Notes: generated from the letters alone by a model not told the origin. A stretch of DNA of 32,000 nucleotides from Candidatus Electrothrix sp. GW3-4 (GCF_037902255.1 NZ_CP147990.1:2790001-2822000), one strand, 5' to 3'. Shown: positions 1 through 10,805, counted from the stretch's first letter. Made by a program: numbers and translations.

Positions 1-3000
1 GATCGTGCAACGCCGTGCAGAGATTCATGGCCCCGATTATTTTAGGCTGGATCTCCTCCAGGGCCTGCCCGACAGATACATGACAAAGCTCACCAGGTCG
101 ATTCAGAGCACTGCCATGAATAACGCCGCTAATGGTTCCCTGTTCATTCTCTACCTGACGAACGAGCCGCTTCACGGCCTCAGTATCTGTGACATCGCAT
201 TGATAATAATGTGCTGAAAGACCGGCCTCGTTGGCACGCTTCAGGGTAGAGAGGATCTCATCCTGCTGTTCATTGCGCATTGCTGGTGAAGAACTGCCCA
301 CCAAGGCCAGCTGTACCCCGGTAGCACGAGCAAAGGCCAACACGCATTCCGCAGTAATGCCTTTTGCCCCACCAGTAGCAAGAATCACATCTTTTGACGA
401 CCATGGTATGGGCCGCGCTTGATCAGCAGCAATATTCCTTACAACAGGCCGGGGAACCCGACGAATCTGATCGGCCGCATAACCAACAGCTGCATAGTGC
501 TCAGCAGTGCCCAGTTCCAGCAGTATATATTCACAAAGCTTATCAGCTGCAATCTGCGGCGAAAAATCAAGCACCCTCACCTTAAGATCAGGTTGTTCAA
601 GATGATAGCTGGCAGCCAAGGCCTTTGCTGAACAGCGGCGAATATTCACCTTCAGCGGCCCATCACCGAAAAATCCATCCCCAATTTGCACCACAGCAAG
701 CATCTGATTTGCCCCCCCGGTTCGGTGAAAAGAGGGTGAGAAGATGGTATGCAGCCTGATGACCTGGTCAGCCAGAGCTTGCTGATCAAGAGATTCATCA
801 GATTCCTGCTGCGGCAGCAGGGCAATGACATAGGTAAACCTGGTCAGCAGGGAAGCGATCGTTTGGCGCGCATCTAGAAAAGGGATGAGTTCCACCTTGA
901 CTGTAAAACGATGTAATACCCCCTCAAGCTGTTCTGCAAGAGGCCGTTCAGTTGGCTCAAAAAGGATCAGGACCTCCTCTTCCCAAGGCAACAGGTCATG
1001 TCCAGCTACATCTTCTGGAAGCGCCTCAGGAAGGTATTGCAGGATAAAATCACGGACCCAGCCAGGATACCTCGGAGAATTATTCTCAGCAATGTCCTCC
1101 AAGGGTTGCTCTGGTTCCCTGTCAAGGAGTTCAGTCAGTTCCTGCAGGGTGGCGTTGGCGTATTCGAAAACATTCAGTTTGGCGGCAGCCACCCCTGCCT
1201 GGCTTGCAGCTTCGAAAAGCAACTCAGAGGCCTTGATGGAATCAAGATTCAGGTCATCCAGGAGGCGAAGATCCATAGAAAGGCTTTCCGGTGGAAAGCC
1301 GGTTCGTTCTGCAATCAGGGTAACCAGTAAGTCAGCACAGGATATCTTCTCTCCCTCAGCTCTCTCATCGACACCGGGTACCTTTTTCTCGGATAAAGCA
1401 GGCAGGGGATGGATGGGGATCAGCTTCCGGGGGGAATCAGAGGGGACGGGCACGGGCCCCAAAGAGACCAGATTATCAAGATCTACCCTGATAAGATCCC
1501 CGAGAAATCGGCTACGCTGCCCCAGATAAGCAGCCAATTTTTCCTGTGAAATACCAGCGGATTCAGCAAGGAGACGATCTGTCTCGCCAAAGTTACCCTG
1601 CTCTGACAAAGGGACCGTTGCTGAAGGAGATGCCTCATCTTTTTGCTCTGCAAAAGGCAGTTCGCAGGGGTTGCTCAAAAAAACACGTTCATCCACCGGG
1701 GTAAAGGGACGAATAAGACGGTCTGCATACAGGGCATGCCAGTTGATTGTTCCGCCACGGACAAAATAGTTTGCCAAAAAGAGATTCAGGTCCCTGTCCT
1801 GTTCCGGTTCTGTTTCAAGAGGGAAACAGGACGGAACCAGGCCTTCATCGTTTATTGCAAGGGTCTTGTGGGCAAGCCCCGTCAACACCCGCCCCGGCCC
1901 CACCTCTAATAGCAGATCGCATTCCTTGCCCATCTCCTGAACCAAGGCCATAAAATCGACCGGAGAGGTCACCTGTGCTGAAAAATGTCTCCTCAGATCG
2001 CAGTCCAGCTCAATCTGTCGTCCCTGGAGACCGGTAAAGAGTGCTGTTGTCAGCTCTCTCGGTTGTTCAGGAAGAACCCGGGATTCTGCCAACGTCTGAG
2101 CAGCCCGGCTGACAAAGCGGGAGTGGAAGGCATTGGCAACAGGGAGTAAAACGCCCCGGATGCCCTGTTCTTTGGCAGAGCGACAGGCCTGTTCAACACA
2201 AGCGACCTCCCCAGAGATAACGGTCTGAGAGGGACTGTTTCTATTGGCAACAACGGCATATCCTTGCCCGGCATCAAGAAGGGCCTGGGCCTGGGCAGCT
2301 GAACAGGCAAGACTGGCCATGGTTCCGGCATGGCCCTGCCTTGGGGCCATTGCCTGCCCTCTGAGGGCGGCAAAACGGATCAGCTCTTCTCGGGAATAGG
2401 CTCCGGCCGCATAAAAGGCCGTCAATTCACCAAGACTATGCCCGCCAACCACATCAGGTTGAAGACCAAGTCGGGCCAGTTGCTCCAAACGGAGCATGGA
2501 GGCCAAGCAAAGGGCGGGTTGGGCAACCTCTGTTTGTTTGAGCTGCTCTTGCCAGTGAGTAACGTGGGCAAGATCAAGCGCCCTTTCCAGCGGTCGAAAA
2601 ATAATATCGCTCAGCTGTTGCCCTTCCGACCACCCGAGGGCCCTTTCCATTTTCTGCACAATCGCCTCAGCCCAATCATGCCGTTGCACAAGCTGGCGCC
2701 CCATATTGATCTTCTGCGAGCCCTGACCAGGAAAGAGAAAACCAACACGAGGGTTCTGCACATCATTGCCAATACAGATACCTGCTTGAGGATCAAAAAA
2801 GATGCGCTGCTCCTTAGGGGGTGCTGTACAAAGGATATGGGCAAGGTTGGCAAGCGCTCCGAGGAGCATCTCCGGCGATTCTGCGGAGAGCGCTGCCCGG
2901 ACCGGGCCACAGGTTGTATTATGTCCGTACAGAGTGGTAAGATGGGCTGCCAAGTCAAGACGTTCACCTTCACAGATGTTTCGAGCAAGGTCTTCAGCTG

Positions 3001-4534
3001 CGCGCACTCTCCTCAGCAGGTCCTTAACAGTCTGGGCACTGAAGACAAAGAGCTCTGTGTGCTGGTAATCTGCCAGCAACTTTTGTTCACGGATTGCAGG
3101 CATGAGCTTGGGTGAAGGCGGATCACCCGAGGCAAGGGCAAGATGCGAGTTAATACCGCCAAAGCCCATGCCTGAGACACCGGCCCGGAGGGTTTCCTGC
3201 GGGGGGCAAACTTCTCCGTGCAGAAGAGGATAGAGCCCTGTTGCCCTGTCGGCAAAAATGGGATTGGGGGTAAAACAATTGGCAAGGGGGGGAAGGATGC
3301 GTTGATTCAGGGCGATCACGGTTTTGATCAGGCCACCAACTCCTGAGGCCGCCTTGGTATGACCGATGAGCGATTTCAATGAGGTCATCCCGCAACGACG
3401 CAGCTCCATCGGCCTGCCCGCCTTGTCCCTTGTGTTCGTTCCCATGGCCAGAGCTATCCCCTCCAGCTCAATTTTATCGCCAACAGCGGTACCGGTTCCG
3501 TGCCCTTCTATGAAATCGAGATCCTGCATATTCCAACCCGCCCGTTCATAGGCCCGCTGCAAGGCCCTGGCCTGGCCTTGGGCGTTAGGGGCTGTTAAAC
3601 CACCTTTTCCATCCGAGGAAATACCCCAGCCGTGGAGTACAGCATAGACATAATCGCCATCAGCAACAGCGTCCTCCAGGCGTTTCATCACCACAAAGCC
3701 ACAGCCTTCCCCAGGGATAAATCCATTGGCCCTGCGATCATAGACCCGCATATCCTCGGTGGCCAGAGCAGCAGTTTTGGCAAAGCCGACCAGCTCAAAG
3801 GTGTCCAGACTGATATCCACCCCGCCTGCCAAGGCCAGATCCAGATCCCGGTTCATAAGATGTGTTGCAGCGGTTGCTGCCGCAATGATCGAAGAAGAGC
3901 AGGCCCCGTCAACGGTGTAGCCGCCCCCATGCAGGTCAAGATAATTACAGATTCTTCCAGCAATGGTATTGGACAGGGCGCCAGCCAGGGTATCTTCGGT
4001 GATCGGCGTAAAGACAGACTTATAATAGGCCTCTGCTGTACTGAGCAAGGCAGAGGTCTGCTCCGCAGACAACCCCTTTTTCAAGGCAGCTTTTTCGACG
4101 ACTCGTCGGACAAAAGGCCATCGAAGACGCAGGCCCTCAGCCCGGGAATGTTCCCCGGTCAAGGTGTTCCCGAGAATGACCCCTGTTCGTTCCTTGGGTA
4201 CGGCTTCTTTACTCAAACCTACGTCGTCCAACGAGGCAAGGGCAACCTTGAGGGCCAGCCAGTGGACGATATCGGCGGATTCAAAGGTTGAACGAGGAAT
4301 ACGATACTGGGCAGGATCAAAAGAAAACCCATCAACCAACCCGGCCTGACGACAATATGTTGTCTCTGGTGCAGCAGGATCAGGATCATAATAATCTGCC
4401 AAGGATAAACGGGTATCTGGAAAAGGACGAAACTGACGCCTTCTCGTCAAGATATTTTCCCAAAAAGCGCGAAGGTCCTGTGCGCCCGGATAATGGCAGG
4501 CCATACCGACAATGGCAATCAATGTTGAATTCAT
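1..4534 (-). CDS. Type I PKS / PUFA-synthase PfaA-like megasynthase, domain order KS-AT-ACP-KR; 3' end runs off the window
   Basis: Absent from the ORF track, apparently because it has no stop in the window. The minus frame from ATG 4534 is stop-free to position 1, and no other ORF is listed in that frame. My translation starts MNSTLIAIVGMACHYPGA. KS active site is TVDGACSSS (Cys codon 3899-3901) with GHTKAASG later. AT motifs are FPGQGSQ, GGHSLGE (Ser codon 2445-2447) and AFHS. ACP motif is LNLDSIK (Ser codon 1238-1240). KR Rossmann motif is ILATGGAKGIT (353-376). Confidence 0.9.
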   Translation of the reverse strand, partial: MNSTLIAIVGMACHYPGAQDLRAFWENILTRRRQFRPFPDTRLSLADYYDPDPAAPETTYCRQAGLVDGFSFDPAQYRIPRSTFESADIVHWLALKVALASLDDVGLSKEAVPKERTGVILGNTLTGEHSRAEGLRLRWPFVRRVVEKAALKKGLSAEQTSALLSTAEAYYKSVFTPITEDTLAGALSNTIAGRICNYLDLHGGGYTVDGACSSSIIAAATAATHLMNRDLDLALAGGVDISLDTFELVGFAKTAALATEDMRVYDRRANGFIPGEGCGFVVMKRLEDAVADGDYVYAVLHGWGISSDGKGGLTAPNAQGQARALQRAYERAGWNMQDLDFIEGHGTGTAVGDKIELEGIALAMGTNTRDKAGRPMELRRCGMTSLKSLIGHTKAASGVGGLIKTVIALNQRILPPLANCFTPNPIFADRATGLYPLLHGEVCPPQETLRAGVSGMGFGGINSHLALASGDPPSPKLMPAIREQKLLADYQHTELFVFSAQTVKDLLRRVRAAEDLARNICEGERLDLAAHLTTLYGHNTTCGPVRAALSAESPEMLLGALANLAHILCTAPPKEQRIFFDPQAGICIGNDVQNPRVGFLFPGQGSQKINMGRQLVQRHDWAEAIVQKMERALGWSEGQQLSDIIFRPLERALDLAHVTHWQEQLKQTEVAQPALCLASMLRLEQLARLGLQPDVVGGHSLGELTAFYAAGAYSREELIRFAALRGQAMAPRQGHAGTMASLACSAAQAQALLDAGQGYAVVANRNSPSQTVISGEVACVEQACRSAKEQGIRGVLLPVANAFHSRFVSRAAQTLAESRVLPEQPRELTTALFTGLQGRQIELDCDLRRHFSAQVTSPVDFMALVQEMGKECDLLLEVGPGRVLTGLAHKTLAINDEGLVPSCFPLETEPEQDRDLNLFLANYFVRGGTINWHALYADRLIRPFTPVDERVFLSNPCELPFAEQKDEASPSATVPLSEQGNFGETDRLLAESAGISQEKLAAYLGQRSRFLGDLIRVDLDNLVSLGPVPVPSDSPRKLIPIHPLPALSEKKVPGVDERAEGEKISCADLLVTLIAERTGFPPESLSMDLRLLDDLNLDSIKASELLFEAASQAGVAAAKLNVFEYANATLQELTELLDREPEQPLEDIAENNSPRYPGWVRDFILQYLPEALPEDVAGHDLLPWEEEVLILFEPTERPLAEQLEGVLHRFTVKVELIPFLDARQTIASLLTRFTYVIALLPQQESDESLDQQALADQVIRLHTIFSPSFHRTGGANQMLAVVQIGDGFFGDGPLKVNIRRCSAKALAASYHLEQPDLKVRVLDFSPQIAADKLCEYILLELGTAEHYAAVGYAADQIRRVPRPVVRNIAADQARPIPWSSKDVILATGGAKGITAECVLAFARATGVQLALVGSSSPAMRNEQQDEILSTLKRANEAGLSAHYYQCDVTDTEAVKRLVRQVENEQGTISGVIHGSALNRPGELCHVSVGQALEEIQPKIIGAMNLCTALHD

Positions 4535-4801
4535 TAAATTTATCTTATGAAGTAAGTCCTTCCCGGCTCAGAGAAATAAGGTCATCAGAGCAGCGCCCTT
4601 TTTTCTTTGTAACGCCCATCCCTCCCCCTCTAGAGAGGGGCAATAAAACATGAAAGTTGATCGGAGGACTCCAAGAAGTCATCGGTACTTTCATATAAAC
4701 AAATCGTTCTGAACCCCGTACCTGCGCTTGCTCTACCTGCAATCCTTTTGAATTTTGAACGTACCTCCCCCTGGTCTTTTTCTCAGCAAGAGGTTGTCAT
4801 G

Positions 4802-6013
4802 TTAAAAGAAGTACTGCAATTGGATGGTAAGATGACTGTCCTGCTCAAGAGGCCGCACGGAATCCTGGTCAGCTGCATCAACAATAAACAGGGCCTCAAG
4901 ATGCAGTTTCAAATGCTCGCTTAACCGACGATTGATCTCTCCTGAAAACATAGCGGTGGAGAATTCGATATCCTTCATAATCCCAGCAAGTATCTCGGTT
5001 CCGGCGGCATCATTAAAGGCCAAGCGGATCCCTCCGATAACATCATTATTAAAAGGCGTTAAGGACGTGTCCGCCCGATCATCAAAGACGTATTCTCCTA
5101 TAATCCCAAGATCAGTCGAACTCTCATAAATGCCGTAAAAAGTGTACTCAAAACCAGCAACAGCGGCAGCAAAACCCCTGCCCTGGCCGCTTCGATACAG
5201 GGCCTCTCCTTTCAACAACCAATCACCGGCAACCATTTGTATATCCATACCGGTCTGGCTGATTTGGCGATAATAGGGGCGCAGCACAGGACTGCTCCTG
5301 TCACCGCCCAACAGCAGGTCAGGGTCCCGGGATGTGCCGATGAAATGAGACAACCCCACATCAGCATTACCCAAGGTATAACTATAACGCACGGCAAAAT
5401 CAAGATGTGACTGCTCAGCAGCACTCTCGTACAGAGGACTATCAATGATTGGTTCACTGCGGAGACGATCTTTTTGACCAGGAAAGGTGCGCTCACGAAA
5501 CCAGGGGAGCAGGAAGGCCTCAATCATGCCCTGATCCTGCAGGAGGGTGAGATGCAGCATGGGCTGCCCGAGTTTTTTTTCGCCGCTAAAATCCTCTACA
5601 GAGTCTGTCTGATTGATAATATCAACCAGGTGAACAAACTCGGTCGCCCCCCAAAAGACCTTGCTGATGCCAACCTGCATCTCCCAGTTTTCAGCTGGAT
5701 ACAAAAAGTTTGCCTCCCGAATATCCCAATGACTGCGCGCATCCGCATTGCTGTCCAGACGGACAAAGGGTTTGAGGAGAAGGCTTGCCCCATCACTGAA
5801 GGCATGATAGAGCTCAGGTGCAAGGACAACAGAGGCATTATGCTCCTTCTGGGCAGGGTATTTTGGTTCTTCTGGGAAATATCGTCCTTCAAGGACTATA
5901 TTCCCGGCCAACTCAAAAGCGAAAGCCTGCAGAGGAGAGAGAAGAAAAAGAGGCGTTGCCGCTGTGAGTACTATGGATCGTAAACGTTTTTTTCTGCGAC
6001 GCGTTATCTGCAT
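4802..6013 (-). CDS. Secreted putative outer-membrane beta-barrel protein (family not recognised)
   Basis: 403-aa ORF starting at ATG 6013. It has an N-terminal signal peptide (MQITRRRKKRLRSIVLTAATPLFLLSPLQAFA) and the aromatic C-terminus ...IQLQYFF typical of OM barrels. It sits in the same-strand cluster with the RND and LolA-like genes. Confidence 0.6.
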   Translation of the reverse strand: MQITRRRKKRLRSIVLTAATPLFLLSPLQAFAFELAGNIVLEGRYFPEEPKYPAQKEHNASVVLAPELYHAFSDGASLLLKPFVRLDSNADARSHWDIREANFLYPAENWEMQVGISKVFWGATEFVHLVDIINQTDSVEDFSGEKKLGQPMLHLTLLQDQGMIEAFLLPWFRERTFPGQKDRLRSEPIIDSPLYESAAEQSHLDFAVRYSYTLGNADVGLSHFIGTSRDPDLLLGGDRSSPVLRPYYRQISQTGMDIQMVAGDWLLKGEALYRSGQGRGFAAAVAGFEYTFYGIYESSTDLGIIGEYVFDDRADTSLTPFNNDVIGGIRLAFNDAAGTEILAGIMKDIEFSTAMFSGEINRRLSEHLKLHLEALFIVDAADQDSVRPLEQDSHLTIQLQYFF

Positions 6014-6032
6014 ATCGATAATGGATCAGAAA

Positions 6033-6848
6033 TCATCGGGCCCTTTTCAAGCTATTTTTCTTAAAGTCATTCTCAGTTAAACCTGTCTGGAATCGGTACT
6101 GGCTGTAGAGCAGGACGGTGGATTTTCCGCTCTGATGGTTGATCATATGCATTTCCCCAGCCCGCCAGTATTGTCCCTTATATTGCTTGTAGCCTTTCAG
6201 GGTCAGGGTCTTCAATAGGCTGTTCTTGCGGTCATAAAAATCCACCTTACGGATGCGGTACTCGTCGCTATCCCGCCAAACGACCTGGCGGCTATAACCT
6301 GAGTTGTCCCGATCAACAGGATAATATGCAGACACCGTGCAGGCATGGCCATCAAGGTCTTCATCTCGAAGATATTTATAAGTATACTCCTCAATCTCCT
6401 GACTGGAAATATCCTCATAGGAAAACTCAGAGCCGACAAAGGAGCCGGATTTATTGCGGGAGTTAATCCGCTTCACCCGTTTCAGGGCGGGCAGATACAG
6501 CCACTGTTCGTCATCACCGGATTTATGGGAAAAGGTCAACAGGGCTGTCCCTCGGACATCACGGGGAGTATGAAAAAGAGCCAGGCTCTTGTCGCCATCA
6601 TCTTTTACCTCCAAAATCTTATTGGTCATCTCCCGGCGACTCTCCTGACCGTTTCTGTTACGCAGGATCATCACCATGTTCGCAACCAGATCACCAAAAC
6701 CCTGATCACGGCGTTCCGCTTCCTGGACAATGGCCAGTCCTTTCTCTTCAGGCGTCTCTGCAAGACTGGTTTTTCCGCAGGGCGGCAAAAAAAATACGCT
6801 CACCAGGAGCACCCCTGACAAGACTACAAAAAACCTCATAACATTCAC
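6033..6848 (-). CDS. LolA-like outer-membrane lipoprotein-sorting family protein
   Basis: 271 aa with an N-terminal signal sequence (MNVMRFFVVLSGVLLVSVFFLPPCG). By eye it resembles the LolA-like proteins that usually sit next to MMPL-type RND permeases. The call rests on recognition, not a search. Confidence 0.6.
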   Translation of the reverse strand: MNVMRFFVVLSGVLLVSVFFLPPCGKTSLAETPEEKGLAIVQEAERRDQGFGDLVANMVMILRNRNGQESRREMTNKILEVKDDGDKSLALFHTPRDVRGTALLTFSHKSGDDEQWLYLPALKRVKRINSRNKSGSFVGSEFSYEDISSQEIEEYTYKYLRDEDLDGHACTVSAYYPVDRDNSGYSRQVVWRDSDEYRIRKVDFYDRKNSLLKTLTLKGYKQYKGQYWRAGEMHMINHQSGKSTVLLYSQYRFQTGLTENDFKKNSLKRAR

Positions 6849-6928
6849 CTCATATTCTGAATATTTTTCCCGTTAGGGAATTTCCAAAAAATACGCTCCC
6901 CATTTTGGTATATGTTGTAAGGACAAGG

Positions 6929-6967
6929 CCCCTGTGCCTGCCCGATAAGCAAGGGCAAACACAGGGG
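6929..6967 (-). other. Imperfect long hairpin in the RND/LolA-like intergenic spacer
   Basis: cccctgtgcctgccc - gataagcaa - gggcaaacacagggg. The 15-nt arms have 13 complementary positions. The overlapping ORF 6845..7027 looks spurious. Confidence 0.4.
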
Positions 6968-7039
6968 TTCGCTCCTACGGTGCTTGACATAACGGGTAAG
7001 ATATTTCTTGTTAAATTCCTTACTCAAGCGCAGACAATA

Positions 7040-9379
7040 TTACTCGCTTAGTGCAGACAGAGATGCCCTCGGACGATCGAATTGTAACAGCAGGACAGGA
7101 AGAAAGAAGAAATCCAGCAACAGGGCAAAGCTGATCGTAATCGCGGTCATACTGCCCATATGTGCGTTGATCTGAAAACCTGAGCAGGCAAGGACAATAA
7201 AGCCCCCAACCAGGGTGACCGTCGAGATCCACATGGGCGCAGCAACGGTCCGAAAGGCAAAACGGACTGCGTCTTCCGGAGACATCGCATGTTCGGTCCG
7301 CCCCCGCTGATATTTAGCGAGAAAATGAACGGTATCATCCACGACAATCCCCATGGTCATAGCGATCAGGACAGAGACGGCCAGCCCGACCTGACCAACA
7401 GCATATCCCCACACGCCAAAGCCCATAAATGCCGGAGCAATATTGGGAAGCAGGCTCAGCAGACCGAGTTTGAAGCTCCGCAGCACAACAATCATAATGA
7501 GCGAAATCAGGGTCAGGGCAAGCAATGAAGAAGAAAGCATGGATCTGATATTACGGGCCGAGAGGTGAGAATACATCATGGTCACCCCGGAACCATGCGT
7601 ATACATGGTGGGCGGGGCATTCTTGGTGAGCCAGTCCCGGCCTGCGCTTTCCAACTCGCGCATCTCCCGGGTACTTGCCCCAACCAGGGAGACCGTCATC
7701 CTCGTAGAGGATTTATCCACATTGATCCGGTCGTTTAAATCCAGGCCAAAAGGCAGATTCATCTCATAGAGCAGGAGGTATTGGGCAGCCAGATTCCGTT
7801 CTTCCGGGAGCCTGTAATAGGCCGGGTCGTTCCCATGCATATTGCGATTGATCTGCTTCATGATATCCGTCATAGTATACACATGGCGAACATATTTTTG
7901 CTGACGAAACCAGTTGGCAAAGGCCTCAACGGTTCGCTGATATTCCGGTTCATTGATGCCCCCCTCCTCTCCTGACTGAAGATCCCAATCAATGATATAC
8001 ATACCGGTCAGATTCTTCGCAGTAAAATCTGTGGCTCGGCGAAAATCAAAACGCGGGCTGAAAAACTTGATAAAATCATCATCCAGTTGGATACGGGGGA
8101 TCCCTGTGGTGACGCCGATGACCATGATGATCATTGCCCAAAAGATGGCGAAACGCCTGCGTATAATCATATCGGCAAGACGTTCATAGATATGTGCCGT
8201 TGAGGTTGAGGACAGTTGAGCCGCCTTAAGGGGCAGAACTGCAACCAGGGCGGGCAGGAGAAGCACTGAATAAAAAAAGGCGCTCATGATACCCATTGCC
8301 ACCACATTGCCAAGATCGCGGAACGGCGGGGCATCGGAAAAGTTCATGGTCAGGAAGCCCACAGCAGTGGTCAGACTGGTGACCAGTACTGGCCAAAAAT
8401 TGATCCGAAGGGATTGCGCAATGGCCTGACGCCGATCAAGCCCGTTCCGCATCTGGTGAAACATCGTGGTCAGAATATGGACAGAATCGGCAACAGCCAG
8501 GGTAAGAATAATGGTCGGAGCATTGGCTGAAGCCGGATTCATAGGGATTCCCAGCCAACCAGCCAGGCCGAGTCCGGTCAGGGTAGAAAAAATAATCACC
8601 AAAAAGGTCAGGCCCATACCAAGTGCTGAACGCAAACAGATAGCCAGGATCAGCAAAAGAAGCCCGCACATGATGGGGACCAGTAGCCTGATATCCTCCT
8701 TGGCAGCCAACTCAAAGGTCGTATCGATCATCACCACTCCGGTGACGTAGATATCCAGCTGGGGATATTTTTTTTGCATCTCCGCTTGCAAGGCATAGGC
8801 AGCCTCTGCAATGGTGTCCGAGGCCTTGCCATTGTCATCCGGCTTCACCACATTGACATTTACCCCGGTGACATGACCGGTGGGCGAAATAAGGCGTCCT
8901 TGCAGCAGCGGCTCATTTAGAGCGATGTTGCGAATTTCCTCAAGTTGGCCATCCGTGAGGTGTTCTCCATTGTCCACCAGGTCTTCAACAATCAGATCGT
9001 CCCCTTCTACCTGGGTATGCTGATAGTTGGTTATGGAGTCGACCCGGCTCGAATAGGGCAGTTGCCAGGCCCGTTCTGTGAGATCCTGCACAGCACTGAG
9101 CACATCCCGGCTAAAAACATTTTGGCTCTTCGGGGCAAGGGTAAAAAAGACATTCTCAAACTTGGTATAGGTCTGTTCCAGGGCGTTAAAGGCCTGGAGT
9201 TCGGGATTGTCCTCGGAAAAGAACATCCGGCTATTACTGGAGAAGGTAAGAAAACGGGTACCATAGCCGGTTCCCGCTACAAAAAGCAGGCAAAGAAGAA
9301 TCAGCGGAATCCTGTATGTGATGACAAATCGGCCCAGCCGTGCTTCAAACATTTCCATCAGCTTGTCTTCCTTTTTCAT
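7040..9379 (-). CDS. RND superfamily permease, MMPL/HpnN-like lipid exporter
   Basis: 779 aa starting at ATG 9379. It has two repeats of one TM helix, a large periplasmic loop and about 5 TM helices. Hydrophobic blocks such as LLLILAICLRSALGMGLTFLVIIFSTLTGLGLAGWLGIP are typical of MMPL/SSD-type RND transporters. Confidence 0.85.
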   Translation of the reverse strand: MKKEDKLMEMFEARLGRFVITYRIPLILLCLLFVAGTGYGTRFLTFSSNSRMFFSEDNPELQAFNALEQTYTKFENVFFTLAPKSQNVFSRDVLSAVQDLTERAWQLPYSSRVDSITNYQHTQVEGDDLIVEDLVDNGEHLTDGQLEEIRNIALNEPLLQGRLISPTGHVTGVNVNVVKPDDNGKASDTIAEAAYALQAEMQKKYPQLDIYVTGVVMIDTTFELAAKEDIRLLVPIMCGLLLLILAICLRSALGMGLTFLVIIFSTLTGLGLAGWLGIPMNPASANAPTIILTLAVADSVHILTTMFHQMRNGLDRRQAIAQSLRINFWPVLVTSLTTAVGFLTMNFSDAPPFRDLGNVVAMGIMSAFFYSVLLLPALVAVLPLKAAQLSSTSTAHIYERLADMIIRRRFAIFWAMIIMVIGVTTGIPRIQLDDDFIKFFSPRFDFRRATDFTAKNLTGMYIIDWDLQSGEEGGINEPEYQRTVEAFANWFRQQKYVRHVYTMTDIMKQINRNMHGNDPAYYRLPEERNLAAQYLLLYEMNLPFGLDLNDRINVDKSSTRMTVSLVGASTREMRELESAGRDWLTKNAPPTMYTHGSGVTMMYSHLSARNIRSMLSSSLLALTLISLIMIVVLRSFKLGLLSLLPNIAPAFMGFGVWGYAVGQVGLAVSVLIAMTMGIVVDDTVHFLAKYQRGRTEHAMSPEDAVRFAFRTVAAPMWISTVTLVGGFIVLACSGFQINAHMGSMTAITISFALLLDFFFLPVLLLQFDRPRASLSALSE

Positions 9380-9800
9380 CGCCTATGTCAGAGTATCCGG
9401 CAGATTGCGATGTGTATATTTTTTCTACAAAGCTACCTCCTGCATAAGGATATTACAATGTTTTTTCAGACAAAAAAATTGTACAAGAAAACAGTACGAG
9501 CACATCTTCCCCGATTACCTCTCAGAAATCCTGCCCCCAAAACTTTCCTCGCTGCTTTAAACAGGATTGAGTATTAAAATTAAAACAGCCCCAAAAAAAA
9601 GACCCTGATACAATCAATTTAAACGTTCAGAAACAACACATTAGCTAGGATTCTCCTTTTAGAGAAAGAGCCCCTACGAGATGAGCAAAATCTAACTATC
9701 AGCTCTCTGGACCGGCATCTTTCTCGAACGCGGTCGAAAAACAAGAGAAGAGCAAGAGACATCATCACAACATCATAAGGTTAAAGAGAAAACAACTTCC

Positions 9801-10805
9801 TCACTCAGTCGAGTTAGAGAGAACAGGAAAGGGGTGAGCAATCTCCGCAAGAGCGACCGTCACATTGGGAAATTTCATTTTTTGTACCAGCAAAGGGCCA
9901 TTGCCAGAGCTCAGGATGGCAGCAGGTTCAGCCACGGCCCTGGCTCCGGTGACACGCAGAACAACATCTGAGCCCACGATCCCTTGAACCTGATTGAGTT
10001 GGTCCGGGCGATAAAAGTCCAGGGAAAGCCCCTGGCCATCAGTAAAGGCAAGCAGACCAGGTTCATCACTTTTCAGATCAATGGAGGCGAGCTTACACAC
10101 AGCGTCGCGGGCCAGCTTATGGGCCTGGCATGCCTGCTCCAAGGCCTCGCCGATCTCCTCTGCCGGGGTATTGCGATTACAACCGATACCTGCCACTAAG
10201 GCCTTGGGATGGAGCAAAACAGCATGACCTTTACAGTCGGTGCGGCATGTGATAAACAAATCCGCATCATCCAGTTGTTCAACAAGGACAATATCCGGGG
10301 GAAGAGGCGGGAGTGGATAGTCACTGTACAGAAAGACGGAGCCGGTATTGACCAGCTTTGCCATGACACGAATCAGGCCCTGCTTATCCTGCACCGTCAG
10401 CCCCATGTCACGGCACCAGAGATCCAAAGCAGTGTGACCGAGCACGTCGGAGGCCGTGGTGATCACTGCCTGCCCGTCGAGCAGCTCAGCGACCTTGTGG
10501 GCCAAGGCATTGCCTCCGCCCAGATGCCCGGAAAGGAGGGAGATGGCAAACTGCCCCTGCTCATCACAGACCACCACAGCCGGGTCCACGGTCTTATCCT
10601 GGAGCAAGGGGGCGATACCGCGCACCACGATACCGGTGGCCATGATACAGATCAGGCTGTCATAGTTCTGCCAGGTCTGGGAGAGGGTGCGGTAGATGCC
10701 ATCTTGGTGGGGGACAACCTCGCTTCCGGGAAGAAGGCTTGCGAGACGTTGGGCCAGCTGCTTTCCGCCCTTGGTCAGGGCGATGATGGCGGTGTGTGCG
10801 GTCAT
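9801..10805 (-). CDS. cbiG: Cobalt-precorrin-5A hydrolase CbiG
   Basis: Contains the conserved CbiG block ATGIVVRGIAPLLQDKTVDPAVVVCDEQGQFAISLLSGHLGGGNALA. The track ORF starts at GTG 10898. The internal ATG 10805 (MTAHTAIIALTKGG) matches usual CbiG N-termini, so the start is uncertain. Confidence 0.85.
   Translation of the reverse strand: MTAHTAIIALTKGGKQLAQRLASLLPGSEVVPHQDGIYRTLSQTWQNYDSLICIMATGIVVRGIAPLLQDKTVDPAVVVCDEQGQFAISLLSGHLGGGNALAHKVAELLDGQAVITTASDVLGHTALDLWCRDMGLTVQDKQGLIRVMAKLVNTGSVFLYSDYPLPPLPPDIVLVEQLDDADLFITCRTDCKGHAVLLHPKALVAGIGCNRNTPAEEIGEALEQACQAHKLARDAVCKLASIDLKSDEPGLLAFTDGQGLSLDFYRPDQLNQVQGIVGSDVVLRVTGARAVAEPAAILSSGNGPLLVQKMKFPNVTVALAEIAHPFPVLSNSTE

Noticed and set aside
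885-4653. Plus-strand ORFs of 60-261 aa (e.g. 885-1529, 2330-3115, 3632-4291, 4288-4653) and off-frame minus ORFs inside the first 4.5 kb
   Set aside because: They overlap the long, domain-rich minus-strand PKS frame and have low-complexity, Arg/Ser/Pro-rich translations with no recognisable motifs. They are shadow ORFs of a GC-balanced coding region.
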